Source of the DNA: Thermoplasmata archaeon
Lineage (GTDB): Archaea; Thermoplasmatota; Thermoplasmata; Lutacidiplasmatales; UBA184
Length of the DNA: 64,000 nucleotides
Direction of reading: 5' to 3'
Assembly: GCA_035502455.1 (NCBI GenBank)
Contig: DATJUI010000011.1
Span: 15,951-79,950, forward strand
Positions 54,780-64,000 of the stretch are shown piece after piece (position 1 is the stretch's first letter; every line of letters starts with the position of its first letter). The notes under the pieces are model-generated. The model ran no database searches and was not told the origin of the DNA. It saw only the letters and a program-made list of their open reading frames with translations. Made by a program: the position numbers and the translations under genes.

Positions 54780-55932
54780 GGCCGATCACCTCGCCGATCG
54801 CTTCGAGCGCGCGGTCCCACTCGGCCTCCTGGATGACGAGGGGCGGGAGGAGGCGGACGACGGACGGTCCGGCGGGGATCGCGAGGAAACCGCGGCGCTC
54901 GAGCTCGGCGAGGACGGGCGCCGCCCGGTCGCGGAGCTCGATGCCGATCAGGAGCCCGAGCCCCCGCACCTCCCGCACCCGGCTCGGAGGGAGCTCGGCG
55001 AGGCGCGACCGCGCGATCGCCCCGAGGCGTTCGGCGCGCTCGGGGAGGTGGTCGCGGAGCGTCATCTCGAGCGCGGCGATCCCGGCGGCGCAGGCGAGCG
55101 GGTTGCCGCCGAACGTGGAGTGGTGGCTCCCGCGGAACCGGGCCTCGAGGTCGCGGCGGGTGACGGTCGCGCCGATCGGCACGCCGCCCGCGAGCGACTT
55201 CGCGAGCAACAGGACGTCCGGAACGATCCCCCAGCGCTCGAAGGCGAACAGGCGTCCGGTCCGCCCGATCCCGGTCTGGACCTCGTCGAACGCGAGGAGC
55301 GCGCCGGTCCGGTCGGCCGCGGCCCGCGCGGCGGCCAGGAACTCGGGGGTCGCCACGTGGACGCCGCCCTCGCCCTGCACGGGCTCGAGCAGGATCATCG
55401 CGGTCGCGTCCGTGACGGCCGCCTCGAGCGCCGCCGCGTCGTTGAACGGCACGTGCCGAAAGCCGGGCACCAGCGGTTCGAACGGTTCGCGCAGCTCCTT
55501 GCGCCAGGTCGCGCTGAGGGCCCCCAGGGTGCGGCCGTGGAACCCGCGCATCGCGGCGACGATCTCGCGACGGCCCGTCGACCCGCGGGCGATCTTGAGC
55601 GCGGTCTCGACCGCCTCGGTCCCCGAGTTCGACAGGAAGACCCGGTCGAACGACGGCGGCAGGAGTCCGAGCAGCTTGCCAAGGAACTCCGTCCGGACGG
55701 GCGACCGGTAGCCGCTCCCCAGGTAGAGGAGCTCGTGGGCCTGCCGCTCGATCGCCCGGACGACGTCGGGCGGCGACCCGCCCAGGTTTCCGACCCCGTG
55801 CGTCGCGCCGAGGTCGACGTACCGCCGGCCCGCGTCGTCCCAGAGATACTCGCCCGAGGCGCGGACGAGCGAGATCGGGCGCTGGCCGCCCGCCCCGAAC
55901 TCGTGCGGTCCCCCGGGGGCCGGGGCGCTCAC
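54772..55932 (-). CDS. lysJ: Acetylornithine / [LysW]-aminoadipate-semialdehyde aminotransferase (class III PLP)
   Basis: Class III aminotransferase motifs: SNSGTEAVE, DEVQTGIGRTG, and the PLP Lys region LLAKSLAGG. Confidence 0.85.
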   Translation of the reverse strand: MSAPAPGGPHEFGAGGQRPISLVRASGEYLWDDAGRRYVDLGATHGVGNLGGSPPDVVRAIERQAHELLYLGSGYRSPVRTEFLGKLLGLLPPSFDRVFLSNSGTEAVETALKIARGSTGRREIVAAMRGFHGRTLGALSATWRKELREPFEPLVPGFRHVPFNDAAALEAAVTDATAMILLEPVQGEGGVHVATPEFLAAARAAADRTGALLAFDEVQTGIGRTGRLFAFERWGIVPDVLLLAKSLAGGVPIGATVTRRDLEARFRGSHHSTFGGNPLACAAGIAALEMTLRDHLPERAERLGAIARSRLAELPPSRVREVRGLGLLIGIELRDRAAPVLAELERRGFLAIPAGPSVVRLLPPLVIQEAEWDRALEAIGEVIGRG

Positions 55933-56723
55933 TCGAACACCGTCCCCTCGCCGCGCAGGGCCCGCGCGACCGGCTCCGGGCCCGACGAGCCGGCGATGAC
56001 GACCCGGCCGACCCCCGCTTCGAGCGCGTCGCGGGCGGCGAGCACCTTCTTGCGCATCCGGCCCGCGGCGAGCGGAACGACCGACTCGATCTCGGTGCGG
56101 GCGACGTGGGGGATGCGGGTCGCCGGGTCGTCCTTGTTCCGCAGGAGGCCGGGGACGTTGGTCAGCAGCACCAGGGTCTCCGCCCCGAGGGCGCCCGCGA
56201 CCGCCGCCGCGGCCCGGTCGGCGTCGACGTTCACCACCTCGCCCTGAGGGGTCACGGCGGGCGGGCCCACCACGGGGACCCAGCCGGCGTCGAGCAGGAG
56301 GCGCAGAAGATCGGCCCGCACGTGCTCGATCGATCCGGATCGGTCGTCCCGCAGCACGACGACCCGGCCGTCCTCGACCGCCCGGGCCCCCTCCTTGCGG
56401 CGGGCGGTCAGGAGGCCCCCGTCGACGCCCGAAAGCCCGACCGCCCGGACGCCGAGACCGGTCAAGCGGGCCACGATCTCGGTTTGGACCGCTCCCGGGA
56501 GGGCGAGGACCAGGACCTCCAGGTGGTCCGGGTCGCTCTTGCGCGAGACGACCCCGCTCGGCGAGGTGTAGTACTGGGCCGGGCGGCCGAGGGCGGCGCC
56601 GAGGCGATCGACCTCGCTCGATCCGCCGTGGACGAGGACGTAGTCGGTCCGGTGGGCGAGCTCCTCGAGGACCGGCTGGAGCTCGTTCCCCGCGGCGCCC
56701 CCGACCTTGACGACGAGCGTCAT
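55929..56723 (-). CDS. lysZ: Amino-acid kinase, [LysW]-aminoadipate / acetylglutamate kinase (LysZ/ArgB)
   Basis: AAK fold. N-terminus VVKVGG. Motifs VLVHGGSSEVD and GVDGGLL. Confidence 0.8.
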   Translation of the reverse strand: MTLVVKVGGAAGNELQPVLEELAHRTDYVLVHGGSSEVDRLGAALGRPAQYYTSPSGVVSRKSDPDHLEVLVLALPGAVQTEIVARLTGLGVRAVGLSGVDGGLLTARRKEGARAVEDGRVVVLRDDRSGSIEHVRADLLRLLLDAGWVPVVGPPAVTPQGEVVNVDADRAAAAVAGALGAETLVLLTNVPGLLRNKDDPATRIPHVARTEIESVVPLAAGRMRKKVLAARDALEAGVGRVVIAGSSGPEPVARALRGEGTVFE

Positions 56724-56727
56724 CGGC

Positions 56728-57753
56728 CTAGATCGGGTGCAGGCCCGGGAACGTGAGCCCCCGCGCCTCGGGAAAGCCCATCCGCACGTTGAGGCTTTGC
56801 ACGGCGCCGCCGGCCGCGCCCTTCACGAGGTTATCGAGCGCCGCGAGGGCGACGATCCGGCCCCCGTGCGGATCGGTCGCGAATCCGACGTCGCAGAAGT
56901 TGGACCCCGAGAGGATCTTGGGATCCGGCTCCCGGTGGATCCCGTCGGACTCGTGGACGAGCCGGACGAACGGCTCGGCCCCGTACGTGGCGCGGTACGT
57001 CCGCCAGAGCTCCTTCTCCTCCACGGGCCGATCGACGAACCCGTGCACGGTCGCGAGGACCCCCCGCACCGCCTCGACCGCGTGGCACGAGAGCGCGATC
57101 CGGGCGCCGGTCTCCTGCTCGATCTCGGCGGTGTGGCGGTGCCCGGCCGGGGCGTACGCGCGCATGACGCCCGAGCGCTCGGCGTGCTGCCCGGCGGGTC
57201 CGGCGTCCCGGCCGCTCGCCGAGGAGCCGCTCTTCGCGTCGATAACGATCCGCTCGCGCGCGACGAGGCCGGCCGCCACGAGCGGACGCGCGGCCAGGAT
57301 CGACGCGGTCGCGATGCAACCGGGCACGGCGATCAGTCGGGCGGTCCGCAGACGCTCCCGGTAGATCTCGGGAAGGCCGAGGACGCTCTCGGCCAGGCGC
57401 TCGGGGTGCGGGTGCGTCCGGTGGTAGTACCGTTCGTACGCCGCCGGGTCCTTGAGCCGATGGTCCGCCGAGAGGTCGACGAGGAGCCCGCCCGACGCCC
57501 ACAGCTCGTCGACCCGGTCCATCGCCTCCCCGTGCGGGGTCGCGAGGAACGTCACGTCCGCGGCGCGCAGCGCGCTCGGCGGGGCGAAGACGAGGTCGGT
57601 CGCCTTCCGCAGGTTCGGATGCGCCCGGGTCACGGCCTTCCCGGGCATCGAAGCCGAGACGACCTGGGCGACCTCGACGTCGGAATGGCCGAGCAGTAGC
57701 CGGAGCAGCTCGCCGCCCACGTACCCCGAGCCGCCGACGATCGTCGCCTTCAT
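56728..57753 (-). CDS. lysY: N-acetyl-gamma-glutamyl-phosphate / [LysW]-aminoadipyl-phosphate reductase (LysY/ArgC)
   Basis: N-terminus KATIVGGSGYVGGELLRLL (NAD(P) binding). Catalytic Cys motif AVPGCIATA. Confidence 0.85.
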   Translation of the reverse strand: MKATIVGGSGYVGGELLRLLLGHSDVEVAQVVSASMPGKAVTRAHPNLRKATDLVFAPPSALRAADVTFLATPHGEAMDRVDELWASGGLLVDLSADHRLKDPAAYERYYHRTHPHPERLAESVLGLPEIYRERLRTARLIAVPGCIATASILAARPLVAAGLVARERIVIDAKSGSSASGRDAGPAGQHAERSGVMRAYAPAGHRHTAEIEQETGARIALSCHAVEAVRGVLATVHGFVDRPVEEKELWRTYRATYGAEPFVRLVHESDGIHREPDPKILSGSNFCDVGFATDPHGGRIVALAALDNLVKGAAGGAVQSLNVRMGFPEARGLTFPGLHPI

Positions 57754-58601
57754 CGCCGGCCGACCCGAACGGCGTAGTCGACGATCGGCCCCGCGATGTC
57801 GATCCCTGTGGCCCCGCCGAGCGCCTTGAACTCCGGCGTCGGATTGACCTCGAGCACGAGCGGCCCCCGCGGCGACTCGATCACATCGACCGCGAGCACG
57901 CCCCCGCCCATCGCCTCGGCCGCGCGCAGCGCGAGCTCGCGGAGCTCGGGGGTCACCTCCGCGGCCTCGGCGGTGGCCCCCCGGGCGGCGTTCGTCCGCC
58001 AAGCGGTCGAGCGCCGGTACATCGCGGCCACGACCTGCGGCCCGATCACGAAGAGGCGCAGGTCCCGGTCGGGCTTCGCGACGTACTCCTGCACGTAGAA
58101 CACGGAGTGGATCGGGGCGCCGAGGGCGGCCTTGTGCTCGAGGATCTGCTCGGCTTCCTCGGCGTCGTCGACCTTCGCCATCAGTCGGCCCCAGGACCCG
58201 ACCGCGGGCTTGAGCACCGCCGGATACCCGATCCGTTCGATCGCGGTGATCGCCGCCTCGGGCGAGAGCGCAATCTCGGTCCGCGGAACCGGGATCCCGC
58301 GCGCGCGCAGCCGCAGGGACGCCAGGATCTTGTCGCCCGCCAGCTCGACGACCTCGGGGGCGTTGACCGTCGGAACCCCGTAGTGGGCGAAGCATCGGGT
58401 CGCGTAGACCGACCGCGTGTGGCTGACCGAGCGGTTGAGGACGACGTTCGGGAGATCCGCCGGGGGGTCCAGCCCGAACGTCACGACGCTGTCGTCGTAC
58501 CGCTCGACCGAAACCCCCCGAGCCTCGGCCGCCCCGAGGATCGCCTTTTCCTCCGGGCGGATGATCGTGTAGAAGATCCCGAGACGGAACCCGTCACTCA
58601 C
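57750..58601 (-). CDS. lysX: ATP-grasp ligase LysX/ArgX (RimK family, LysW-amino acid ligase)
   Basis: ATP-grasp motifs (PAVLKPAVGSWGR, FYVQEYV, LAVDVIES). Adjacent to lysW. Confidence 0.8.
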   Translation of the reverse strand: MSDGFRLGIFYTIIRPEEKAILGAAEARGVSVERYDDSVVTFGLDPPADLPNVVLNRSVSHTRSVYATRCFAHYGVPTVNAPEVVELAGDKILASLRLRARGIPVPRTEIALSPEAAITAIERIGYPAVLKPAVGSWGRLMAKVDDAEEAEQILEHKAALGAPIHSVFYVQEYVAKPDRDLRLFVIGPQVVAAMYRRSTAWRTNAARGATAEAAEVTPELRELALRAAEAMGGGVLAVDVIESPRGPLVLEVNPTPEFKALGGATGIDIAGPIVDYAVRVGRR

Positions 58602-58755
58602 CCCAGTCCTCGGCCTCTTTCGGGGCAGGCTGGACCAGGAACGGGTCCGTACCGAGCACTTCGAGCTCGGTCCCGCAGTCCGGGCAGGGGAATACCTCGC
58701 CCAACACCATGTTGTGGCTTTCGACGATCGCTTCGCACTCCGGGCACTGGGTCAT
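58594..58755 (-). CDS. lysW: Amino-group carrier protein LysW/ArgW
   Basis: 53 aa. Zinc ribbon CPECEA..CPDCGT. Diagnostic C-terminal EDWGE tail. Confidence 0.8.
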   Translation of the reverse strand: MTQCPECEAIVESHNMVLGEVFPCPDCGTELEVLGTDPFLVQPAPKEAEDWGE

Positions 58756-60161
58756 TTTCGTTCCTCGTTCAAGAGCTCCTCGACGAGCTCGACCGACCGG
58801 CCGAGCGAGGAGAGGGAAGCGGCGTGGGCGGCCGCCCGCGCCCGCGCGCGGTCGAACTGGACCGCGAGCGCCGACGGTGACGGGCCGCCCGGGGATACCC
58901 GCCGGGCGAGCGCCTGACGCGGCGGGGGCACGGGGCTGCCGTCCGGCAGGGCCGACGCGGCCGCGCCCGGCGACTGCTGCCGGTACCACGCCCCGACGGT
59001 CTCGTGGGCCTCGCGGAACGGTATCCCCCGCGCCACGAGGGTCTCCGCGAGGTCCGTCGCGATCAGTTCGGGGTCCCGCGACGCGTCGGCGAGGCGTTCC
59101 CGGTCGAACGTGAGTCCCGCCACGAGCGCGCGCAGCGCCTCGAGGACCCCGGTGGCCGTGGCGACCGCGTCCAGCACGGGGGGCTTGTCCTCCTGGAGGT
59201 CACGATCGTAGGCGAGGGGCAGGCCCTTCAGTACGGTCAACAGCGCGACGAGGTCGCCGATCGTGCGACCGGCCTTCCCGCGGACGAGCTCGGCGGCATC
59301 GGGGTTGCGCTTCTGGGGCATGAGGCTGCTGCCCGAGCCGAGCGCGGGCGAGCGGTCCACGAACCCGAACTCGCGCGACGCGAAGACGACGATCTCCTCG
59401 CCGAGCGCGCTCGCGTGCACGCCGAGCAGCGCGAGATCGAACAGGAGCTCCGCGAACGGGTCCCGGTCGCTGACGGCATCGACCGAGTTCTCGAACGTGC
59501 GATCGAACCCGAGCCGCGCGGCGACCCGGGACGGATCGATCGGCAGGGTGGAGCCGGCGAGGGCCCCCGCCCCGAGCGGGGAGACGCGCGCGCGCCGCTC
59601 GGTCGCGAACAGCCGCTCGACGTCGCGATCGAACCGCCAGAAGTGCGCGAGGAGCGCATGGCCGACCGTGATGAGCTGGGCGCGCTGGAGATGGGTGTAG
59701 CCCGGCATCGGCGTGTCGGCCTCGGACGCCGCGCGCGCGAGCAGGGTCTCCTCGAGCGCCAGGAGACGTCCCACGAGGTCGTGCACGGCCGCCCGCAGGT
59801 AGAGCCGCTCGTCCAGCGCGACCTGGTCGTTCCGGCTCCGGCCGGTGTGGAGCTTCCCGGCGACCGGGCCGACGAGCTCTCCCAACCGGACCTCGACGTT
59901 GGTGTGGACGTCCTCGAGCTCGGCCCGCCACGGAAAGCGACCGTCCGCCATCTCCCCGGCGATCGCGCGGAGCCCTCCGACGAGGGTCGTCGACTCCGCC
60001 TCGGAGAGCAACCCGACGGCGGCGAGCATCTCGGCGTGCGCGAGGCTGCCCGCGACGTCGTACCGCGCGAGCGAGCGGTCGACCTCGAGGGACCCCAGGA
60101 ACCCTGCGGTCGGCGTGCGCACGTACGACGGGGCCGGCCCTCGTTCCTCCATCGAGATCAC
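58752..60161 (-). CDS. argH: Argininosuccinate lyase
   Basis: Fumarate-lyase signature GSSLMPQKRNPD and the TGRSRNDQV motif. Confidence 0.9.
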   Translation of the reverse strand: MISMEERGPAPSYVRTPTAGFLGSLEVDRSLARYDVAGSLAHAEMLAAVGLLSEAESTTLVGGLRAIAGEMADGRFPWRAELEDVHTNVEVRLGELVGPVAGKLHTGRSRNDQVALDERLYLRAAVHDLVGRLLALEETLLARAASEADTPMPGYTHLQRAQLITVGHALLAHFWRFDRDVERLFATERRARVSPLGAGALAGSTLPIDPSRVAARLGFDRTFENSVDAVSDRDPFAELLFDLALLGVHASALGEEIVVFASREFGFVDRSPALGSGSSLMPQKRNPDAAELVRGKAGRTIGDLVALLTVLKGLPLAYDRDLQEDKPPVLDAVATATGVLEALRALVAGLTFDRERLADASRDPELIATDLAETLVARGIPFREAHETVGAWYRQQSPGAAASALPDGSPVPPPRQALARRVSPGGPSPSALAVQFDRARARAAAHAASLSSLGRSVELVEELLNEERK

Positions 60162-60174
60162 GGTCGTGGCGGGC

Positions 60175-61407
60175 CTACGGGCGGAACTTGGTCGCCCGCG
60201 CCGCGATCGAGGTCGGCTGCGAGCCGATGGCGGTCCAGGTCCGTGCGGGCAGTCCCCAGACGTAGATGAACCCCTCCGACATCTCCTGCCGGAAGCGGTC
60301 GCCGGACGAGTACGTCGCGAGCGTCTGCTGGTACAGGGAGTACGGCGAGCGCCGGCCCGTCACGTGGGCCGAGCCCTTGTACAACTTCACGGTCACCTCG
60401 CCCGTCACGCGCTCCTGCGTCGCCCGCACGAACGCGTCGAGGGCGCCGCGGAGCGGTGCGAACCAGAGCCCGTCGTAGATCAGCTGGGAGTACCGCTGTT
60501 CGACCCCCCGCTTGAAGTCGAGGACGTCCCGGGGGCTCACCAGCGACTCGAGCGCCTGGTGCGCTCCGATCAGCACGACGGCGGCCGGGCATTCGTAGAC
60601 CTCGCGCGATTTGATGCCGACGACCCGGGACTCGACGTGGTCGATCCGACCGACGCCGTTGCGTCCGGCGACCTCGTTGAGGGCCAGGATCAGCTCGTGG
60701 AGCGGCAGGCGTCGCCCGTCGAGCGCGGTCGGGAGGCCTTGCTCGAAGGTGATCGTGACGTTCGTCGGGGTCTCGGGCGCCTCCACAGGGGACCGCGTCC
60801 AGCCGTAGACGTCTTCCGGTGGTTCGATCGCCGGATCCTCGAGGATGCCGCACTCGACCGAGCGGCCCCAGAGGTTCTCGTCCGTGCTGTACGGAGAGCT
60901 CTGGGTCGCATCGACGGGGATCCCGTGCGCCTGCGCGAACGCGATCTCCTCCTCCCGGGTCATCTTCCACTCCCGGGCCGGGGCGATCACCTCGAGCTCG
61001 GGGGCGAGGCTCGTCGTCGAGAGGTCGAACCGCACCTGGTCGTTCCCCTTGCCGGTGCAGCCGTGGGCGACGTACTCCGCCCCCTCGCGGCGGGCGACCT
61101 CCACGAGGTGGCGGGCGATCAGCGGCCGGGCGAGGGCCGTGCTCAACGGATAGACGCCCTCGTAGAGAGCGTTCGCGCGCAGCGACGGTCCGAGGAACTC
61201 CTCGGCGAACTCGCGTCGGGCATCGGCGACGTACGCCTTCACGGCACCGGACGCCTCCGCCTTCCGGCGGACCGACTCGAGGTCGACGGGTTGACCGACA
61301 TCGACGGTCACGGCGACCACATCCATCCCCTTCTCGGTCAGCCACGGGATCGCCACGGACGTATCGAGCCCGCCGGAATAGGCGAGCACCACCTTCGGTC
61401 GCGTCAT
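60175..61407 (-). CDS. argG: Argininosuccinate synthase
   Basis: PP-loop AYSGGLDTS at the N-terminus. Motifs HGCTGKGNDQVRF and SxDxNLW (STDENLWGRS). 410 aa. Confidence 0.9.
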   Translation of the reverse strand: MTRPKVVLAYSGGLDTSVAIPWLTEKGMDVVAVTVDVGQPVDLESVRRKAEASGAVKAYVADARREFAEEFLGPSLRANALYEGVYPLSTALARPLIARHLVEVARREGAEYVAHGCTGKGNDQVRFDLSTTSLAPELEVIAPAREWKMTREEEIAFAQAHGIPVDATQSSPYSTDENLWGRSVECGILEDPAIEPPEDVYGWTRSPVEAPETPTNVTITFEQGLPTALDGRRLPLHELILALNEVAGRNGVGRIDHVESRVVGIKSREVYECPAAVVLIGAHQALESLVSPRDVLDFKRGVEQRYSQLIYDGLWFAPLRGALDAFVRATQERVTGEVTVKLYKGSAHVTGRRSPYSLYQQTLATYSSGDRFRQEMSEGFIYVWGLPARTWTAIGSQPTSIAARATKFRP

Positions 61408-61506
61408 CGGGGTCGGTCGGTAGGACGCACCACGCGCCCCGGCGGATTTATAGGCCGCGGCCGCGTGGCGACACTCTAGGGCAAAAGTGTCCGAGGCTGG
61501 ACATAC

Positions 61507-62157
61507 GTGACCGATGACACCGGTTCGATCGCCCGCCAGGTCCGGGACTACCTGGACGGGCACCCGGTGCTCGCGGACTCGATCCGCCTCGGCGTCGCCA
61601 ACTACTCGGCGATCGCCCGCCGGATCGCCGACGACCTCGAGCTGCGGCACCTCGAAGCGGTGATCGCGGCCTGCCGGCGGTATCCCCGCGGTCGGGCGGA
61701 AGCGACGCGCGAGGCCGGGGTCCGGCGGGTCCTCAAGAAGAGCCGGATCGAGACCCGGACCAAGGTCGCCGCGATCACCGTGAGCCAGGGCCCGGACGTC
61801 CTGCAGCGGCTCGGGGACGTCGTCGAGGAGCTGCTCGACGAGAACTCGCTCTGCCGCGTGATCCAGGTCTCGCGCGGGGTCGTCGTGATCGTTGACGAGG
61901 ATTCGGTCGCCCGCGTCCTGCGCCAGCTGCGCGAGAGCCAGGTCATCGGGGTGCGAAAGAACCTGACCGAGCTCGCGGTCACCAGTCCCGAGAGCATCGA
62001 GGAGACTCCCGGACTCCTCACGCTCCTCACGGGGGTCCTATCGGCGCGCGGAATCAACATCGTAGAGGCGCTGAGCTGCTTCACCGACACGATCTTCCTG
62101 CTCGACGGCCAGGACCTCAATCCGGCGCTCGTCGTGCTCTCGAAGGCGATCGAATAG
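61507..62157 (+). CDS. ACT-domain-containing protein of unknown function
   Basis: GTG start. The C-terminal 70 aa (LLTLLTGVLSARGINIVEALSCFTDTIFLLD) fit the ACT beta-alpha-beta-beta-alpha-beta ligand-binding fold. Confidence 0.5.
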   Translation: MTDDTGSIARQVRDYLDGHPVLADSIRLGVANYSAIARRIADDLELRHLEAVIAACRRYPRGRAEATREAGVRRVLKKSRIETRTKVAAITVSQGPDVLQRLGDVVEELLDENSLCRVIQVSRGVVVIVDEDSVARVLRQLRESQVIGVRKNLTELAVTSPESIEETPGLLTLLTGVLSARGINIVEALSCFTDTIFLLDGQDLNPALVVLSKAIE

Positions 62158-62241
62158 CGACCGGCGGCGCCGAATGCCGTAGCGGTGTTACGTTTTCTGG
62201 ATACGACATAAGTCTTAAGTGCCGGAAGTCGTCGCCGAGGC

Positions 62242-63399
62242 GTGGCCTCGCCGCAGACGATCCCCGAGCCGAGGGGCACACGGGAGCAGTGGGTGATGGG
62301 CCCGAGCGAGCGCCGCGGGGCCGCCCTCATCTATGTCGCCATCGTCGGGGCGACCGCCCTCGGGCTCGCGGCGACCTTCCTCATCGGGCAGACCTACGGG
62401 ATCTTCATCGGGCTCGGGATCCTCTGCTACACGCTCGGGCTCCGTCACGGCGTGGACGCGGACCACATCTGCGCGATCGACAATACCACGCGCAAACTGC
62501 TCCAGCAGGGGCAGAAACCCTATACCGTCGGTACTTGGTTCTCGCTCGGGCACTCGACGATCGTCGTCGGCTTCCTGTTCGGGCTCGTCCTGGCCGCCCG
62601 GTTCATCCTGAGCTCCTACCAGGCGTTCGCCAATGTCGGCGCCGTGCTCGGCACCGCCATCTCGGGCGGGTTCCTCTACCTCATCGCGTTCATTAATCTC
62701 CTGATCTTCTGGGAGGTCTACCAGATCTTCCTGCAACTGCGGGCGGGCAGGATGAACAACGCCCAGCTCGAGGCCCGGTTGGAGAAGCGCGGTTTCATGA
62801 ACCGCTACTTCAACTGGATCTTCAAGTTCGTGAACAAGCCCTGGCAGATCTACCCGGTCGGCGTCCTCTTCGGCCTCGGGTTCGACACGGCGACCGAGAC
62901 GCTGCTGATCGCGATCACCCTGACCGTCGGGACGGCCGCGGTAGGTTTCCCGCTGTGGATGGTCCTCGTCCTGCCGTTCATGTTCACGTGCGGGATGGTG
63001 CTCACCGACACCTCCGACGGGATCAGCATGCGGTACGCGTACGGCTGGGCCTTCGCAAAGCCGATCCGGAAGGTCTACTACAATCTCACGATGACGCTCA
63101 TTTCCGTCCTGGTGGCGTTCGTCATCGGCACGATCGAGGTCCTCGGGGTGCTCGCCTCCGAGTTCGGTCTCTCGGGCGGACCGTTCGGCTTCTGGAACAC
63201 GATGAACTGGCTCAACAACGCGGCCGGCCCGTATGGGATCGATGTCTGGGGGTACGTGGGGATCGGGATCGTCCTGCTGTTCATCGGTTGCTGGCTCGTG
63301 GCGATGCTGATCTATCGGCTAAAGCACTACGAGGAGATCGGCTTCAGTCCCCCGATCGACGACCGCGGGACCGGCGGGGGCTCCGGGCTCACCGGTTGA
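62242..63399 (+). CDS. Nickel/cobalt transporter, NiCoT (HoxN/NixA) family
   Basis: Eight TM helices. Signature in TM2 is LRHGVDADHI (HX4DH). GLGFDTATE motif is present. An alternative start is at M19 (62296). Confidence 0.8.
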   Translation: MASPQTIPEPRGTREQWVMGPSERRGAALIYVAIVGATALGLAATFLIGQTYGIFIGLGILCYTLGLRHGVDADHICAIDNTTRKLLQQGQKPYTVGTWFSLGHSTIVVGFLFGLVLAARFILSSYQAFANVGAVLGTAISGGFLYLIAFINLLIFWEVYQIFLQLRAGRMNNAQLEARLEKRGFMNRYFNWIFKFVNKPWQIYPVGVLFGLGFDTATETLLIAITLTVGTAAVGFPLWMVLVLPFMFTCGMVLTDTSDGISMRYAYGWAFAKPIRKVYYNLTMTLISVLVAFVIGTIEVLGVLASEFGLSGGPFGFWNTMNWLNNAAGPYGIDVWGYVGIGIVLLFIGCWLVAMLIYRLKHYEEIGFSPPIDDRGTGGGSGLTG

Positions 63400-63454
63400 T
63401 ACCGGCGGGCACGGGTGGGAAAGCCGTCTTACCTTCACCGGCCGTGCGGGCGCG

Positions 63455-63913
63455 ATGCCGTCGAAGGTCGTCCGGACCGGGGTGTCGCTCGAGCCCGACG
63501 TACTGGCGGCGCTCGATCGCTGGGCCCACGAGCGGAACTCGCCGAGCCGCTCGGAGGCGATCCGCTTCCTCGTGCGGAAGGAGCTATCCGAAGCGGAGCT
63601 GCGCGATCCGCACGCGGACGCGGTAGGCACGGTGATGGTCCTCTACGACCACCGCGCTCCGAACGTTCAGCGTCGGTTGACGGCCGCGCAGCACCGCTGG
63701 CGCGACCACATCCGGTCGACCAGTCATGTCCATCTCGAAGGCGAGGTATGCCTCGAGGTCGTCGTACTGGTCGGTCAGCGCGCCGAGGTCGCGCGGGCCG
63801 CGGAGGACCTGCGGGGCGTCAAGGGCGTCAACCAGGGAGATTTCGTGCTCGCGGACCCGAGGGTCGCGGGGGGTTCGACCGGACACCGCCACCCCCACGC
63901 GGGGCACCGCTAA
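63455..63913 (+). CDS. nikR: Nickel-responsive regulator NikR
   Basis: N-terminal RHH (RTGVSLEPDVLAALDRWAHERNSPSRSEAIRFLV). C-terminal ACT-like domain with His/Cys metal ligands (HVHLEGEVC, H-rich tail). Confidence 0.8.
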   Translation: MPSKVVRTGVSLEPDVLAALDRWAHERNSPSRSEAIRFLVRKELSEAELRDPHADAVGTVMVLYDHRAPNVQRRLTAAQHRWRDHIRSTSHVHLEGEVCLEVVVLVGQRAEVARAAEDLRGVKGVNQGDFVLADPRVAGGSTGHRHPHAGHR

Positions 63914-64000
63914 ACGAGCGGGGGCGCTCGGGCCGAGCGTGGAGACGCGTCGCCCGCGGGGCCCTGCCCGGTGGGCGACCCAGCCCCCGGCCGAGGCGCT

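Noticed and set aside
1-64000. CRISPR arrays, transposases, integrated provirus, toxin-antitoxin pairs, restriction-modification or other defence islands
   Set aside because: No spaced direct repeats, no transposase or integrase beyond the XerA-like recombinase, and no recognisable defence genes were seen. The STAND NTPase has a wHTH/TPR regulator architecture rather than an Avs-like effector fusion. The lone RHH protein has no adjacent toxin partner.

Overview
This 64 kb window is a high-GC (about 70%), gene-dense archaeal chromosomal segment. The archaeal assignment rests on recognisable genes: a thermosome, an aIF2-beta/TRAM fusion, the L21e-RpoF-DUF655-KsgA cluster, Pus10, a presenilin homologue, deoxyhypusine synthase, a LysW-mediated Lys/Arg cluster and XerA. 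Several promoters have AT-rich TATA boxes about 25-40 nt upstream of start codons, and some genes look leaderless. Most genes are packed with 4-nt start/stop overlaps (ATGA or GTGA).

The housekeeping content is:
- MetRS, ThyX, class II LysRS, ValRS, thermosome, tRNA-Lys(CUU), NcsA-type tRNA thiolase.
- ArgG, ArgH and lysWXYZJK.

The accessory or metabolic content is:
- An arginine deiminase cluster (permease, arcA, arcC).
- A candidate hydroxyproline-catabolism set (proline racemase-like, DapA-like, FAD dehydrogenase, aldehyde dehydrogenase).
- A PAS histidine kinase, an ArsR-HTH response regulator and a PiT phosphate transporter.
- NiCoT and NikR.
- Two ABC exporters.

The most unusual locus lies at 34.7-42.1 kb. 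It holds a roughly 1000-aa YVTN/NHL beta-propeller surface glycoprotein that ends in a TM anchor and a 23-proline tail. That tail is encoded by a (GGN)23 tract. Directly downstream are a Gly-Gly-terminated MoaD/SAMP-like ubiquitin-like protein and a BNR beta-propeller protein. A wHTH-STAND-NTPase-TPR regulator is transcribed divergently.

No CRISPR array or obvious mobile element was seen. High GC generates many long spurious ORFs on all frames. Two genes (ValRS and an ABC ATPase) lack canonical starts, which suggests assembly errors or non-canonical initiation. All coordinates were hand-derived from ORF-frame arithmetic and may be off by a codon at starts.
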